NCBI GenBank assembly: GCA_964574295.1
Contig: CAZNLY010000006.1
Coordinates: 48,805-112,804 of the forward strand
Length of the DNA: 64,000 nucleotides
From: an uncultured Gemmatimonadaceae bacterium
GTDB taxonomy: Bacteria > Gemmatimonadota > Gemmatimonadetes > Gemmatimonadales > GWC2-71-9
Reading direction: 5' to 3'
The position numbers and the translations under genes were made by a program. The notes under the pieces were generated by a model. The model ran no database searches. It had not been told where the DNA came from and worked only from the letters and a program-made list of their open reading frames with translations. Below, in pieces: positions 52,668 through 64,000 of the stretch (positions are counted from its first letter, which is position 1; each line of letters starts with the position of its first letter).

Positions 52668-53039
52668 CTAGAACTCCAGTCCGCCGGCGCGCGCGCCGTC
52701 GGCGACCGCCTGCACGCGGCCATGGTAGCGGTATCCCGCCCGGTCGAAGACGACCTTCGAGAACCCGGCGGCCTTCGCCTTCGCGGCGAGGAGCTGCCCG
52801 ACGGCCTTGGCCCGGGCCACCTTGCCCGTGCCCTCGACCGCGATGCCCTCGCTGGTGTCCGTGACGCCGAGCAGGGTGACGCCGAGATCGTCGTTCACCA
52901 GCTGGGCGGTGGTGTGCTTGAGCGACCGGAAGACCACCAGCCGCGGACGCTCCTGGGTGCCCGCCACCTTCTGGCGGACGCGGAGGTGCCGCCGGTAGCG
53001 CTTGTCCCGGCGCGTCTTGGGGGCGTGAATGGCGCGCAT
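52668..53039 (-). CDS. rplR: 50S ribosomal protein L18
   Basis: [20 protein letters not shown]...[12 protein letters not shown]. Confidence 0.95.
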   Translation of the reverse strand: MRAIHAPKTRRDKRYRRHLRVRQKVAGTQERPRLVVFRSLKHTTAQLVNDDLGVTLLGVTDTSEGIAVEGTGKVARAKAVGQLLAAKAKAAGFSKVVFDRAGYRYHGRVQAVADGARAGGLEF

Positions 53040-53041
53040 GC

Positions 53042-53581
53042 CTACTTCGCTCCTGTCTTGCCGGCCTTCCGCCGGACCTGCTCACCCTGGTAGCGCACGC
53101 CCTTGCCCTTGTAGGGCTCCGGCGGCCGGACCTGCCGGATCTCGGCGGCCACCTGGCCGACGAGCTCCTTGTTGGCGCCCTGGATCCGCACCACGGTGTT
53201 GTTCTCCACCGTGATCTTGATCCCCTGCGGCGCGTGGAACGGCACCTGGTGCGACAGCCCGACCACCAGGTTGATGCCGTACGGCTTCGGCTCCGCGCGG
53301 TAGCCCACGCCCTGGAGCTCGAGCACCTTCTCGTAGCCCGCCGTGACGCCCTGGACCATGTTGGCCACGAGGGTGCGGGTCAGGCCGTGGAGCGCCTTGT
53401 GGCGCTTCTCGTCGCTCGGGCGGGACACCGACACCTGGCCGTCCCGGAAGGCGACCGCCATGTCCGGGTGGAGGGTGCGGGCCAGCTCGCCCTTGGGGCC
53501 CTTCACCGCGATGGTGTGCCCCGAGACGTTCACCGTGACGCCTGCGGGCACCGCCACCGGCTTCTTGCCAATGCGCGACAT
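53042..53581 (-). CDS. rplF: 50S ribosomal protein L6
   Basis: ATG 53581. [15 protein letters not shown]...[11 protein letters not shown]. Confidence 0.95.
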   Translation of the reverse strand: MSRIGKKPVAVPAGVTVNVSGHTIAVKGPKGELARTLHPDMAVAFRDGQVSVSRPSDEKRHKALHGLTRTLVANMVQGVTAGYEKVLELQGVGYRAEPKPYGINLVVGLSHQVPFHAPQGIKITVENNTVVRIQGANKELVGQVAAEIRQVRPPEPYKGKGVRYQGEQVRRKAGKTGAK

Positions 53582-53589
53582 GGCCCCTC

Positions 53590-53985
53590 CTACCAGACCA
53601 CGGCGAGGAGCTCGCCGCCGAGGTTGGCGGTGCGCGCCTGCCGGTCGGTCATCAGGCCCTTGGGGGTGGACACGATCGCCATCCCGAGGCCGTTCTTGAC
53701 CCGCGGCAGGTCCCGGCACTTCACGTACTGCCGGAGCCCCGGGGTGGACACGCGCCGGAGCTCGCGGATGACCGGGAGCTCGTTGTGGTACTTGAGGTAG
53801 AGCCGCAGCACGCCGCGGCCGCCATCCTCGAGCACCTTGCAGTCGGCGATGTAATGGTTGTCCAGGAGCAGGCGCGCCAGCTCGACCTTGAGCTTGGACG
53901 CCGGCACGTCGACGCGCCGGTGGCCCGCGGAGCAGGCGTTCCGGATGCGCGTCAGCATATCCGCGACGGGATCTGTCATGCTCAT
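53590..53985 (-). CDS. rpsH: 30S ribosomal protein S8
   Basis: MSMTDPVADMLTRIRNA. Confidence 0.95.
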   Translation of the reverse strand: MSMTDPVADMLTRIRNACSAGHRRVDVPASKLKVELARLLLDNHYIADCKVLEDGGRGVLRLYLKYHNELPVIRELRRVSTPGLRQYVKCRDLPRVKNGLGMAIVSTPKGLMTDRQARTANLGGELLAVVW

Positions 53986-53998
53986 TCCACGCGTCCCC

Positions 53999-54184
53999 TT
54001 ACCAACTGGCCTTGCGCACGCCGGGGATCTCCCCCTTCAGCGCGAGCTCACGGAAGCAGATTCGGCACAGGCCGAACCGGCGAAGGACTGCCCGGGACCG
54101 CCCGCAGCGGCCGCACCGGCGAACCGTGCGCACCTTGAACTTGGGCGTGCGCTTGGCCCGTTCGATCCAACTGGTCTTTGCCAT
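53999..54184 (-). CDS. rpsN: 30S ribosomal protein S14, zinc-binding type Z
   Basis: 61 aa with CGRCGR...CRIC. Confidence 0.95.
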   Translation of the reverse strand: MAKTSWIERAKRTPKFKVRTVRRCGRCGRSRAVLRRFGLCRICFRELALKGEIPGVRKASW

Positions 54185-54197
54185 CGTCTCTCCCTGG

Positions 54198-54219
54198 GGG
54201 CGCCCCGTGCGGGGCGCCC
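54198..54219 (-). other. intercistronic GC hairpin between rplE and rpsN
   Basis: GGGCGCCCC-gtgc-GGGGCGCCC, perfect 9-bp stem, directly upstream of the AGGGAGAG SD of rpsN. Confidence 0.4.
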
Positions 54220-54225
54220 GGTTCC

Positions 54226-54897
54226 CTACGCCATCGCGACCGGCGTCTCGCCCCGGAAGGGCCAGCCCATCTCGCGGAGCAACGCCATGGCGAGGTCGTC
54301 CCGCCCGGCGGTCGTGACCACCGTGATGTCCATCCCGTGGATCTTCTCGACCTTGTCGTAGTCGATCTCGGGGAAGATCAGCTGCTCCTTGATGCCGATC
54401 GTGTAGTTCCCGCGCCCGTCGAAGCTCCGGTTCGGCAGCCCGCGGAAGTCCCGGACGCGCGGCACGGCGATCGTGATGAAGCGGTCGAGGAACTCGTACA
54501 TCCGGGCGCCGCGCAGCGTCACCGAGGCGCCGACCGGCACCCCGGCCCGGAGGCCGAAGTTGGCGATCGACTTCTTGGCGCGGGTGACCACCGGCTTCTG
54601 GCCGGTGACCTGCGCCAGCTCCGCCACCACCGCGTCCAGCAGCTTGGGCTGCTTGGCCGCCTCGCCCATCCCCACGTTGAGGACGATCTTGGCCACCCGC
54701 GGCACCTGCATCGGGTTGGTGATGCCGAACTGCTTGGCCAGGCGCGGGCGCACCGTGTCCTGGTAGTACGCCTGGAGCCGCGGCGTGCCCGCGCTCGCCT
54801 TCGGCGCCGGATCGGTGGCCAGCGCCCCCGCCGCGCCCTTGTCCTTGCCCGGCTTGGCCCCGGCGCCCTTGGGCGCCTTTTCCTTCGTGGTCGCCAT
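54226..54897 (-). CDS. rplE: 50S ribosomal protein L5 with Lys/Ala/Gly-rich N-terminal extension
   Basis: [14 protein letters not shown]...VLNVGMGEA...[14 protein letters not shown]. Confidence 0.95.
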   Translation of the reverse strand: MATTKEKAPKGAGAKPGKDKGAAGALATDPAPKASAGTPRLQAYYQDTVRPRLAKQFGITNPMQVPRVAKIVLNVGMGEAAKQPKLLDAVVAELAQVTGQKPVVTRAKKSIANFGLRAGVPVGASVTLRGARMYEFLDRFITIAVPRVRDFRGLPNRSFDGRGNYTIGIKEQLIFPEIDYDKVEKIHGMDITVVTTAGRDDLAMALLREMGWPFRGETPVAMA

Positions 54898-55278
54898 CTA
54901 TCGGTTCCTCGGAATCGGCTGCCCCGACTTCACCGCGATCCGCTCCACGGTGCCGTCGGCGTCCCGCCGGCGGCGCACCCGGGTCGGCTCGCCGCTCTTC
55001 GGGTCGATCAGCATGGTCTTCGAGTGGTGGATCGGGGCCGGGAACGTGATGATCCCGCCCTCGGCGGTCTGCGTGGCGCGCCGGTGGCGCTTGACCACGT
55101 TGACCCCCTCCACCGTCACCCGCCCCGTCTTCGGGTACACGCGGAGCACCTTGCCCCGCTTCCCCTTGTCCTCGCCCGCGATGACCTGGACGGTGTCGCC
55201 CTTGGTGATCGGGAAGCGGTGCCGGACCACCGGCTGCTGGCGGGGCCGCCTGGCCTTGCGGTACACGAGCGGCTTCAT
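54898..55278 (-). CDS. rplX: 50S ribosomal protein L24
   Basis: [24 protein letters not shown] (KOW motif). Confidence 0.9.
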   Translation of the reverse strand: MKPLVYRKARRPRQQPVVRHRFPITKGDTVQVIAGEDKGKRGKVLRVYPKTGRVTVEGVNVVKRHRRATQTAEGGIITFPAPIHHSKTMLIDPKSGEPTRVRRRRDADGTVERIAVKSGQPIPRNR

Positions 55279-55279
55279 G

Positions 55280-55648
55280 TCAGAGCACCTCCGGGGCCAG
55301 CGAGACGATCTTCATGTAGCGCTTTTCCCGGAGCTCGCGCGCCACCGGCCCGAAGATGCGCGTCGCCCGCGGCTCGCCCTTGTCGTCGATGAGCACCGCC
55401 GCGTTCTCGTCGAAGCGGATGTAGGAGCCGTCCTTGCGGCGGGTCTCCTTCACGGTGCGGACGATCACCGCCTTCGCGACGTCGCCCTTCTTCACCTGGC
55501 CGGTCGGGATGGCGTCCTTGATGGCCACCACCACCGTGTCGCCGAGCCCCGCGTACCGGCGCCGGCTCCCGCCCAGGACGCGGATGACCAGCGCCTTCCG
55601 GGCGCCGGAATTGTCCGCGATCTTGAGAATGCTCTCTTGCTGAACCAT
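55280..55648 (-). CDS. rplN: 50S ribosomal protein L14
   Basis: ATG 55648. [18 protein letters not shown]. Confidence 0.95.
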   Translation of the reverse strand: MVQQESILKIADNSGARKALVIRVLGGSRRRYAGLGDTVVVAIKDAIPTGQVKKGDVAKAVIVRTVKETRRKDGSYIRFDENAAVLIDDKGEPRATRIFGPVARELREKRYMKIVSLAPEVL

Positions 55649-55692
55649 GGCTACCTCAATCTCCGTTGGTGCCGGCGCTCCGCGGTGCGCCG

Positions 55693-55959
55693 CTACTTCG
55701 CCCGCTCGACGATTTCGGTCACCCGCCACCGCACGGTCTTGGCGAGGGGACGCGTCTCCATGAGGCGCACGGTGTCGCCCGCCTTGGCCCCGTGCTCGTC
55801 CCGCGCCTTCACCGTCACCGTGCGGGTCATCATCTTCCCGTAGGTCGGGTGCGCAAAGCGGCGGGTCAGGGTGACCGTGACCGTCTTCTGCATCTTGTCG
55901 CTCTTCACCACGCCGGTGCGGACCTTCCGCTGCCCGCGGGTGCCTGTCGTCTCAGCCAT
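55693..55959 (-). CDS. rpsQ: 30S ribosomal protein S17
   Basis: [16 protein letters not shown]...HPTYGK. Confidence 0.95.
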   Translation of the reverse strand: MAETTGTRGQRKVRTGVVKSDKMQKTVTVTLTRRFAHPTYGKMMTRTVTVKARDEHGAKAGDTVRLMETRPLAKTVRWRVTEIVERAK

Positions 55960-55995
55960 CTGTCGTGTCCCGTCTGCTGGGGTCGGCGGCGCGGG

Positions 55996-56187
55996 CTACT
56001 TGGCCGCGCGCTCGCGCAGGACCGTGAGGATCCGCGCGATGTCCCGGCGCAGCGTCCGGAACCGCATGGGGTTGTCGATCGCCTCGCTGGCGCTGCGGAA
56101 GCGCAGCCGGAACCGCTCCTCGCGCAGCTCCGCCAGCTTGCCCTTCAGTTCGTCCGGCGAGAGCTCGCGCAACTCGGTGGCGTTCAT
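55996..56187 (-). CDS. rpmC: 50S ribosomal protein L29
   Basis: ELRELSPDELKGKLAELREERFRLRF. Confidence 0.9.
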   Translation of the reverse strand: MNATELRELSPDELKGKLAELREERFRLRFRSASEAIDNPMRFRTLRRDIARILTVLRERAAK

Positions 56188-56190
56188 CGG

Positions 56191-56604
56191 TCAGATCTCC
56201 TCGCGCTTCACGAAGCGCGTCCGCACCGGGAGCTTGGCCTGGGCCAGCGCCAGCGACTTGCGCGCCATGTCCTCGGTCACGCCCTCGACCTCGAAGAGCA
56301 CGCGGCCCGGCCGCACCACCGCCACCCATCCCTCCGGGTTGCCCTTGCCCTTGCCCATGCGCGTCTCGGCCGGCTTCTTGGTGATCGGCTTGTCCGGGAA
56401 GATCCGGATCCACACCTTGCCGCCGCGCTTCATTTCCCGCGTCATCGCGACGCGCGCCGCCTCGATCTGCCGGTTGGTGATCCACCCCGGCTCGAGCGAC
56501 AGGACCGCATACTCGCCGAAGGCCACCGAGGCGCCGCGCGAGGCGATGCCCTTGGTCCGGCCCTTGAACGTCTTGCGGAACTTGACCCGCTTCGGTGCCA
56601 GCAT
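56191..56604 (-). CDS. rplP: 50S ribosomal protein L16
   Basis: [19 protein letters not shown]...[10 protein letters not shown]. Confidence 0.95.
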   Translation of the reverse strand: MLAPKRVKFRKTFKGRTKGIASRGASVAFGEYAVLSLEPGWITNRQIEAARVAMTREMKRGGKVWIRIFPDKPITKKPAETRMGKGKGNPEGWVAVVRPGRVLFEVEGVTEDMARKSLALAQAKLPVRTRFVKREEI

Positions 56605-56609
56605 CGTCC

Positions 56610-57269
56610 TCAGGCCCCCGTGCTGTAGGTGCGGCCGGTCACGTCCTCGACCACCTCACCCCGGAAGATCCAGACCTTGACCCCGATGGTGCCGTAGGTC
56701 GTCTTGGCCGTGGACGTGGCGTAGTCGATGTCGGCCCGCAGGGTGTGGAGCGGCACCCGCCCCTCCCGGTACCCCTCGGTGCGCGCGATCTCGGAGCCGC
56801 CCAGCCGCCCCGACACCCGCACGCGGATGCCCTGCGCGCCCATCCGCATGGCGCTCTGCACCGCCCGCTTCATGGCGCGGCGGAACGAGATCCGCTGCTC
56901 GAGCTGGTGCGCGATGTTGTCGCCCACGAGCTGCGCCGCCACCTCGGGCCGCTTGATCTCCTCGACGTTGATCGCGGCTTCCTTGCCGGTCAGCTGGGCC
57001 AGCTCGTCGCGGAGCTTGTCCACCTCGGCGCCCCGCTTGCCGATCACCACGCCCGGCCGCCCGGTGTGCACCGTGACGGTCACCTTGCCCGGCTTCCGCT
57101 CCACGTGCACCTCGGCGATCGCCGCGTGCCCCAGGCGGGCCTTGAGGTACTTCCGGATCAGCTCGTCTTCCTTGAGGAGCGCCGGCATGTCCTTGGTGGC
57201 GAACCACCGGGACCGCCAGGGCTGCACGATGCCGAGCCGGAACCCGACCGGATGGGTCTTCTGCCCCAT
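56610..57269 (-). CDS. rpsC: 30S ribosomal protein S3
   Basis: [14 protein letters not shown]... Confidence 0.95.
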   Translation of the reverse strand: MGQKTHPVGFRLGIVQPWRSRWFATKDMPALLKEDELIRKYLKARLGHAAIAEVHVERKPGKVTVTVHTGRPGVVIGKRGAEVDKLRDELAQLTGKEAAINVEEIKRPEVAAQLVGDNIAHQLEQRISFRRAMKRAVQSAMRMGAQGIRVRVSGRLGGSEIARTEGYREGRVPLHTLRADIDYATSTAKTTYGTIGVKVWIFRGEVVEDVTGRTYSTGA

Positions 57270-57625
57270 TACTTGCCCCCCTTCGTGGCCACGTGAATCG
57301 TCACGTGGCTCGTCCGCTTGCGGATCGGGGTGGCGCGGCCCTGCGCCGCGGCCGTGAACCGCTTGAGCGGCTGCCCCATGTCCACCGTCGCCCTGGCCAC
57401 GTAGAGCGCGTCCACGTCGAACGCCTCGTTGGACCGCTGCGCCCCCTGCTCCGCGTTCGACACCGCCGACCGGAGGGTCTTGGCGATCTGCCGCGCCGCC
57501 AGCTTCTTGCTGAACTTGAGGATGGCGTACGCCTCGTTGACATCCTTGCCGCGGATCTGGTCCGCGACGAGCCGCATCTTCCGGGGCGACTGGCGCACCA
57601 GCCGCTGGGTCGCTGTGCCTGGCAT
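57269..57625 (-). CDS. rplV: 50S ribosomal protein L22
   Basis: ATG 57625 (the track ORF begins at GTG 57631, overlapping the rpsS stop). [17 protein letters not shown]. Confidence 0.9.
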   Translation of the reverse strand: MPGTATQRLVRQSPRKMRLVADQIRGKDVNEAYAILKFSKKLAARQIAKTLRSAVSNAEQGAQRSNEAFDVDALYVARATVDMGQPLKRFTAAAQGRATPIRKRTSHVTIHVATKGGK

Positions 57626-57627
57626 CG

Positions 57628-57918
57628 TCACTCCGGCTTGGCCTTCTTGTCGGCCACGAGCTTGCCGCTGTGGCCGCGGAACAGCCGCGTGGGCGAGAAC
57701 TCGCCCAGCTTGTGTCCCACCATGTTCTCGGTCACGTACACCGGGACGAACTTGTTCCCGTTATGCACGGCGAAGGTGTGCCCCACGAACTCGGGCAGGA
57801 TGGTGCTCGCCCGGCTCCAGGTCTTCACGACCTTCTTCTCGTTCTTCGCGTTGAGGGCCTCGACCTTGAGCAGGAGCGAATCCTGCACGAAGGGGCCCTT
57901 CCGGATGCTGCGTGCCAT
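57628..57918 (-). CDS. rpsS: 30S ribosomal protein S19
   Basis: [10 protein letters not shown]...[11 protein letters not shown]. Confidence 0.95.
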   Translation of the reverse strand: MARSIRKGPFVQDSLLLKVEALNAKNEKKVVKTWSRASTILPEFVGHTFAVHNGNKFVPVYVTENMVGHKLGEFSPTRLFRGHSGKLVADKKAKPE

Positions 57919-57933
57919 AAGTGGTCCCCTGCC

Positions 57934-58773
57934 CTACCGGGTGGCCTTGCCGCGGCGCCGGCCGCGGACGATGTGCTTCGTCGACGCCTTCTTGGTGTGC
58001 CGGGTCTTCTTGCCCTCGGCCTTGCCCCACGGCGACACCGGCGGCCGGCCGCCCGAGCTCTTGCCCTCGCCGCCGCCCAGCGGGTGGTCGACCGGGTTCA
58101 TGGCGACGCCCCGGACCGTCGGGCGGGTGCCGAGCCAGCGGGTCTTGCCCGCCTTGCCCACCGACAGGAGCTCGTGCTCCGCGTTGCCCACCTCGCCGAT
58201 CGTGCCGAGGCAGCGGGCGTGCACCCGGCGCACCTCGGTGGAGCGGAGGCGGAGCGTCACGTAGTCGCCTTCCTTGGCCACGACCTGGCAGCCGGAACCG
58301 GCGGTACGGGCCATCTGGCCGCCCTTGCCGATCTTGAGCTCCACGTTGTGCACCATCGTGCCGAGCGGGATCTCGCCGAGCGGCACCGCGTTGCCCAGGC
58401 GGATGTCGGCGCCGGGGCCCGAGACCACGGTGTCGCCCTGCTTGAGGCCCGCGGGGTGCAGGATGTAGCGCTTCTCGCCGTCGGCGTACACCAGGAGCGC
58501 GATCCGCGCCGTCCGGTTCGGGTCGTACTCGATCTCGGCCACCCGCGCCGGCACGCCGGCCTTGTCGCGCTTGAAGTCGATCTTGCGGTACTGGCGCTTG
58601 TGCCCGCCGCCGATGTGCCGGGCGGTCAGGTGCCCCTTGTTGTTGCGCCCGCCGCTCTTGCGCTGCGGCTCGAGCAGCGACTTCTCGGGCGTGCCCCGCG
58701 TGATCTCGTCGAACCCGGACACCGACCGGAAGCGCGTCCCGGCGGTCATCGGGCGGAACTGTCGAATGGTCAT
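57934..58773 (-). CDS. rplB: 50S ribosomal protein L2
   Basis: GGGHKRQYR...[17 protein letters not shown]. Confidence 0.95.
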   Translation of the reverse strand: MTIRQFRPMTAGTRFRSVSGFDEITRGTPEKSLLEPQRKSGGRNNKGHLTARHIGGGHKRQYRKIDFKRDKAGVPARVAEIEYDPNRTARIALLVYADGEKRYILHPAGLKQGDTVVSGPGADIRLGNAVPLGEIPLGTMVHNVELKIGKGGQMARTAGSGCQVVAKEGDYVTLRLRSTEVRRVHARCLGTIGEVGNAEHELLSVGKAGKTRWLGTRPTVRGVAMNPVDHPLGGGEGKSSGGRPPVSPWGKAEGKKTRHTKKASTKHIVRGRRRGKATR

Positions 58774-58777
58774 CGGC

Positions 58778-59065
58778 TCAGCCCTCGAACACCGGCAGCG
58801 TCTCGCCGTCCTTGAGGACGACGACGGCCTTCTTCCACCGCGCGGTCGCGCCGCGGGTGCGGCCCCGGGTGACCTCGTGGCGCCGCATCTGCATGGTGCG
58901 GACGTCGGTGGCGGTCACGCCGAAGAGCTGGCGGAGCGCCTCGCGAATCTGGTGCTTGTTCGCCTCCGGGTGCACGCGGAACGCGTACTCCCGGCGCGCC
59001 TGGAAGGCCGCCGAGCTCTTCTCGGTGATCAGCGGCCGGACGATCACTTCGTGCAGGGCGGGCAT
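58778..59065 (-). CDS. rplW: 50S ribosomal protein L23
   Basis: [12 protein letters not shown]; I checked the reading frame codon by codon against the sequence rows. Confidence 0.95.
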   Translation of the reverse strand: MPALHEVIVRPLITEKSSAAFQARREYAFRVHPEANKHQIREALRQLFGVTATDVRTMQMRRHEVTRGRTRGATARWKKAVVVLKDGETLPVFEG

Positions 59066-59833
59066 TTACTTGCTCCCCTTCTTCTTGGCGCCGGCCTTGG
59101 CCGGCTTCTTCGCGGCCTTGGGCCGAGGGGCGGCCTTGGCCTTTGCCTTGGGCCGGGGCGCCGCCTTGGCCTTGGCCTTCGCCTTCGGACGGGCCGCCGG
59201 GGCCGCGTCCGCCGCGGGCCCCTCGGTGCCCAGCGCCCCCTGCTCCACCACCAGGGCGTCGGCCCAGAGGATGTCGTACGCCGAGGCCTCGGTGTACGGC
59301 AGGACGCCGGCGTCGGGCAGGTTGCGGGCGCTCAGGTACGCCGTCGGGTTGGTCCCGTGGGTGAGCACCAGCACCTTGCGCCCCTCGAAGCCCAGCTTGC
59401 CGAGGAGCTCCACCATCTGGCTCGTCTTGGGCGCGGCGAACTCGAGCCGCTCCACCACCGCCAGCAGGCCGTCCTGGGCCCGGGCGTTGAGCGCCGACTT
59501 CCGCGCCAGCTGCCGGATCCGCTTCGGGATGCCGGTGCGCCAGTCGCGGGGCGTGGGGGCGAACGCGATGCCGCCGCCGCGCCAGTGGGGCGCCCGGGTG
59601 GTGCCCTGCCGGGCCCGGCCGGTGCCCTTCTGCTTCCAGGGCTTCTGGTTGCCGCCCGACACCTCCGAGCGGGTCTTGGCCTTCTGCGTGCCCTGGCGCT
59701 GGTTGTTCAGGAACACCTTCACGGCCTCGTGGAGCGCCGGGTGGTGCACCGTCCCGTCGAACGTGTCGGCGGGAAGGGCGAACGGCGTCTTGAGCCGCGC
59801 GCCGACCGGGGAATAGAGCGGAGCCTCAATCAT
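59066..59833 (-). CDS. rplD: 50S ribosomal protein L4 with Lys/Ala-rich C-terminal tail
   Basis: [29 protein letters not shown]. Tail [46 protein letters not shown]. Confidence 0.95.
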   Translation of the reverse strand: MIEAPLYSPVGARLKTPFALPADTFDGTVHHPALHEAVKVFLNNQRQGTQKAKTRSEVSGGNQKPWKQKGTGRARQGTTRAPHWRGGGIAFAPTPRDWRTGIPKRIRQLARKSALNARAQDGLLAVVERLEFAAPKTSQMVELLGKLGFEGRKVLVLTHGTNPTAYLSARNLPDAGVLPYTEASAYDILWADALVVEQGALGTEGPAADAAPAARPKAKAKAKAAPRPKAKAKAAPRPKAAKKPAKAGAKKKGSK

Positions 59834-60452
59834 GGCGGCTCTTGCCTCCCTGCTTGGAAACGGTCACGATGCCGTTCTTCGAGCCCGGGATCGCGCCCCG
59901 CACGAAGAGGAGGTTGCGCTCGGCGTCCACCTGCACGACCGTGAGGCCGAGCTCGGTGTGCCGCGCCGCGCCCTGGTGCCCCGGCATCTTCTTGCCCTTG
60001 ATGACGCGCGACGGGTCGGTGCCCGGGCTGATCGAGCCCGGCTTCCGGTGCCGCGTGTTGCCGTGGGTGGCGGGGCCGCCGCCGAAGCCGTGGCGGTGCA
60101 CCACGCCCTGAAACCCGCGCCCCTTCGAGGTGCCGGTCACCTTGACCCGCTCCCCGGGGCTGAAGATCCCGACGGTGACGGTGCTCCCCGCCTCGGGGGC
60201 CGCCTCGCCCGCCACCGCGAACTCGCGGAGGACCTGGGGCGCCGTCGCGAGGCCCGCCGCCTTGGCGTGGCCGAGCGCCGCCTTGGTGGCGCGCGAGGCC
60301 TTCCGGGCGCCGAAGCCGAGCTGCACCGCCCCGGCCCGCACCTGGACCACCTGGCAGGGCCCCGCCTCGATGACGGTCACTGGGGTGGCGGTGCCGTCCT
60401 CGGCGAAGACCCGCGTCATGCCGAGCTTCCGGCCGATGAGTCCGTTCGTCAT
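59826..60452 (-). CDS. rplC: 50S ribosomal protein L3
   Basis: ATG 60452: [16 protein letters not shown] (the track ORF starts at GTG 60458). Confidence 0.95.
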   Translation of the reverse strand: MTNGLIGRKLGMTRVFAEDGTATPVTVIEAGPCQVVQVRAGAVQLGFGARKASRATKAALGHAKAAGLATAPQVLREFAVAGEAAPEAGSTVTVGIFSPGERVKVTGTSKGRGFQGVVHRHGFGGGPATHGNTRHRKPGSISPGTDPSRVIKGKKMPGHQGAARHTELGLTVVQVDAERNLLFVRGAIPGSKNGIVTVSKQGGKSRHD

Positions 60453-60454
60453 GG

Positions 60455-60763
60455 TCACTGGACCTTGATCTCGACGTCCACGCCCGCGGGGAGGTCGAGC
60501 TTCGTCAGCGCGTCCACCGTCTGGGGGCGGGAATCGTTGATGTCGAGCAGCCGCTTGTGGGTCCGCAGCTCGAACTGCTCCCGGCTCTTCTTGTCGACGT
60601 GCGGGCTCCGCAGCACCGTCCAGCGCTCCACCTTGACGGGGAGCGGGATCGGGCCGGACACCTGCGCCCCCGTCTTTTCCGCCGTGCGCACGATGTCCGC
60701 CGCGGCCTGGTCCAGCACCACGTGGTCGAACGCCTTGAGGCGGATGCGAATCTTCTGCGCCAT
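60455..60763 (-). CDS. rpsJ: 30S ribosomal protein S10
   Basis: [14 protein letters not shown]... Confidence 0.95.
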   Translation of the reverse strand: MAQKIRIRLKAFDHVVLDQAAADIVRTAEKTGAQVSGPIPLPVKVERWTVLRSPHVDKKSREQFELRTHKRLLDINDSRPQTVDALTKLDLPAGVDVEIKVQ

Positions 60764-60785
60764 GGGACTCTCGTTTCTGGTAGAG

Positions 60786-60810
60786 GCCGCGGGGGCAGCA
60801 CCCCCGCGGC
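60786..60810 (-). terminator. GC hairpin between tuf and rpsJ (terminator/attenuator candidate)
   Basis: GCCGCGGGGG-cagca-CCCCCGCGGC, perfect 10-bp stem, 16 nt downstream of the tuf stop. No clear U-tract. Confidence 0.4.
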
Positions 60811-60825
60811 GTGCCGGCCTCCGGC

Positions 60826-62028
<1,203 letters not shown>

Positions 62029-62077
62029 GGCTCGCTATCCTGTCGAGGTGTGGATGTCCGCTGAGCGCCCTGCGGCC

Positions 62078-64000
62078 TCAGCCCTTCTGCTTCGAGATGA
62101 TGCCTTCGGCAATGTTCTTCGGCACTTCTTCGTAATGGTCGAACTGCATGGAGTACACGGCCCGCCCCTGCGTCATGCTGCGGAGCGTCGTGGAGTACCC
62201 GAACATCTCGGCCAGCGGCACGTCCGCCGCCACCACCTGCGCGTCGCCGCGCTGGGTCATGCCGCCGATCTTGCCCCGGCGGCTGGAGAGGTCGCCGATG
62301 ACGTCGCCGAGGAAGTCGGCCGGGCTCACCACCTCGACCTCCATCACCGGCTCCAGGAGGACCGGGCTGGCCATCCGCGCCGCCTCCTTGACCGCCATCG
62401 ACCCCGCGATCTTGAAGGCCATTTCGCTGGAGTCGACGTCGTGGTACGACCCGAACACCAGCGACACCTTCACGTCCACCATCGGGTAGCCCGCCAGCAC
62501 ACCGCCCTCGAGCGCCTCGCGGATGCCCGCCTCCACCGGCTTGATGAACTCCCGGGGGATGACGCCGCCCACGATCTTGTCCTCGAACACGAACCCCTGG
62601 CCCACGTCGGCCGGCTCCACGTGGATGACCACGTGGCCGTACTGGCCCTTGCCGCCCGACTGGCGGATGAACTTGCCCTCGACGTTCTCGACCCGCTTCC
62701 GGATCGTCTCGCGGAAGGCCACCTGGGGCTTGCCGACGTTCGCCTCGACCTTGAACTCCCGCTTCATGCGGTCGACGAGGATCTCGAGGTGCAGCTCGCC
62801 CATCCCGGCGATGATCGTCTGGCCCGTCTCGGCGTCGGACCGCACGCGGAAGGTCGGGTCCTCCTCCTGGAGCTTCTGGAGGGCCATCGTCAGCTTGTCC
62901 TGGTCCGCCTTCGTCTTCGGCTCGATGGCCACGTCGATGACGGGGTTCGGGAACTTCATCGCCTCGAGGATGATCGGCTTGTCCTCGTCGGAGAGGGTGT
63001 CCCCCGTCCGCGTGTCCTTGAGGCCGATGGCGGCGCCGATGTCGCCCGCCAGCACTTCCTCGATCTCGTCCCGCTTGTTCGCGTGCATCTGGAGCAGCCG
63101 CCCCACCCGCTCGCGCCGGTCCTTGGTGCTGTTGTACACGTAGCTGCCCGACTTGAGCGAGCCCGAGTACACCCGGAAGTAGGTCAGCCGGCCGACGTAC
63201 GGGTCGGTGGCCACCTTGAACGCCAGGGCCGCGAACGGCTCGTCGTCGCTCGCCGCCCGGGTGGCCGCGGTGTCGTCGTGCAGCGGCAGGTGCCCCTGCA
63301 CCGGCCGCACGTCCCGCGGGCTCGGCAGGTAGTCGATGACCGCGTCCAGCAGCGCCTGCACGCCCTTGTTCTTGAACGAGGCGCCGCAGAGCACCGGGAC
63401 GATGGCGCCGGCGCAGGTGGCCGCCCGGATGGCCTGGTTGATCTCGTCGAGCGAGAGCTCCTCGCCGCCCAGGTACTTCTCCAGCAGGGCCTCGTCGTAC
63501 TCGACCGCCGCCTCGATGACCTCGTGCCGGGCCTGCTCCACCCGGTCCTTGAAGGCGTCGGCCACCGGCATCTCGGTGAAGGTCTTGCCGAGGGTCTCCT
63601 CGTCGAAGATGACCTCGACCCGGCGCAACACGTCGATGTGGCCGGTGAAGGTCTCGCCCGAGCCCACCGGAAGCTGGATCGGGAACGCCTTCTTGGTCAG
63701 CCGGTCGCGGATCATGGACAGGCAGCGGTCGAAGTCGGCGCCGACGCGGTCCATCTTGTTCGCGAAGATGATCCGCGGCACGCCGTACCGGTCCGCCTGC
63801 CGCCAGACCGTCTCGGTCTGGGGCTCGACGCCCGCCACCGAGTCGAGCAGGGTCACGGCGCCGTCGAGCACCCGGAGCGACCGCTCCACCTCGACGGTGA
63901 AGTCCACGTGGCCCGGCGTGTCGATGATGTTGATCCGGTACGGCTTGTCGTGCCGCTGCCAGAAGCAGGTCGTGGCCGCGGAGGTGATCGTGATGCCCCG
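62078..64000 (-). CDS. fusA: elongation factor G, 5' end outside window
   Basis: The track ORF starts at an internal Met. The frame stays open to 64000, where it reads [35 protein letters not shown]. Confidence 0.95.
   Translation of the reverse strand, partial: RGITITSAATTCFWQRHDKPYRINIIDTPGHVDFTVEVERSLRVLDGAVTLLDSVAGVEPQTETVWRQADRYGVPRIIFANKMDRVGADFDRCLSMIRDRLTKKAFPIQLPVGSGETFTGHIDVLRRVEVIFDEETLGKTFTEMPVADAFKDRVEQARHEVIEAAVEYDEALLEKYLGGEELSLDEINQAIRAATCAGAIVPVLCGASFKNKGVQALLDAVIDYLPSPRDVRPVQGHLPLHDDTAATRAASDDEPFAALAFKVATDPYVGRLTYFRVYSGSLKSGSYVYNSTKDRRERVGRLLQMHANKRDEIEEVLAGDIGAAIGLKDTRTGDTLSDEDKPIILEAMKFPNPVIDVAIEPKTKADQDKLTMALQKLQEEDPTFRVRSDAETGQTIIAGMGELHLEILVDRMKREFKVEANVGKPQVAFRETIRKRVENVEGKFIRQSGGKGQYGHVVIHVEPADVGQGFVFEDKIVGGVIPREFIKPVEAGIREALEGGVLAGYPMVDVKVSLVFGSYHDVDSSEMAFKIAGSMAVKEAARMASPVLLEPVMEVEVVSPADFLGDVIGDLSSRRGKIGGMTQRGDAQVVAADVPLAEMFGYSTTLRSMTQGRAVYSMQFDHYEEVPKNIAEGIISKQKG

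Overview
Very GC-rich bacterial chromosomal segment. Third codon positions are almost always G/C, so many of the long ORFs in the six-frame track are antisense shadow ORFs. I can support about 65 protein genes. I saw no rRNA, tRNA or CRISPR array and no transposase or integrase. Layout, left to right: (1) 1-9.6 kb: a Hanks-type Ser/Thr kinase, a PP2C phosphatase and an FHA protein, interleaved with a secreted TPR/GWxTD-like protein and an AmiC-like amidase. (2) 9.7-13.2 kb: a translationally coupled murQ-anmK-nagZ peptidoglycan-recycling operon. (3) 13.3-34.7 kb: housekeeping and envelope genes (ggt, DUF885, ABC exporter, ccdA, Fur-family regulator, TonB-dependent receptor, priA, dipeptide epimerase, HDAC-like deacylase, methionine gamma-lyase-like enzyme, glyQS). 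(4) 35.0-43.1 kb: the most unusual part. Eight consecutive prepilin-type (class III signal peptide) genes form two paralogous four-gene minor-pilin/pseudopilin modules. Each module is preceded by an identical sigma-54 type -24/-12 element and a near-identical palindromic upstream site at the same spacing. (5) 43.1-49.8 kb: purA, an M28 peptidase, an orphan pilT, trpS, an IMPase-family gene, map and adk. (6) 50-64 kb: the canonical fusA-tuf-S10-spc ribosomal protein cluster through secY, all on the minus strand. Two dispersed repeat families are visible. One is a 120-nt double-hairpin element, present once between genes and once in frame inside nagZ. The other is a purine-rich long-palindrome element with four copies, one lying between secY and adk. 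Functional calls come from motif recognition by eye only. No searches were run.
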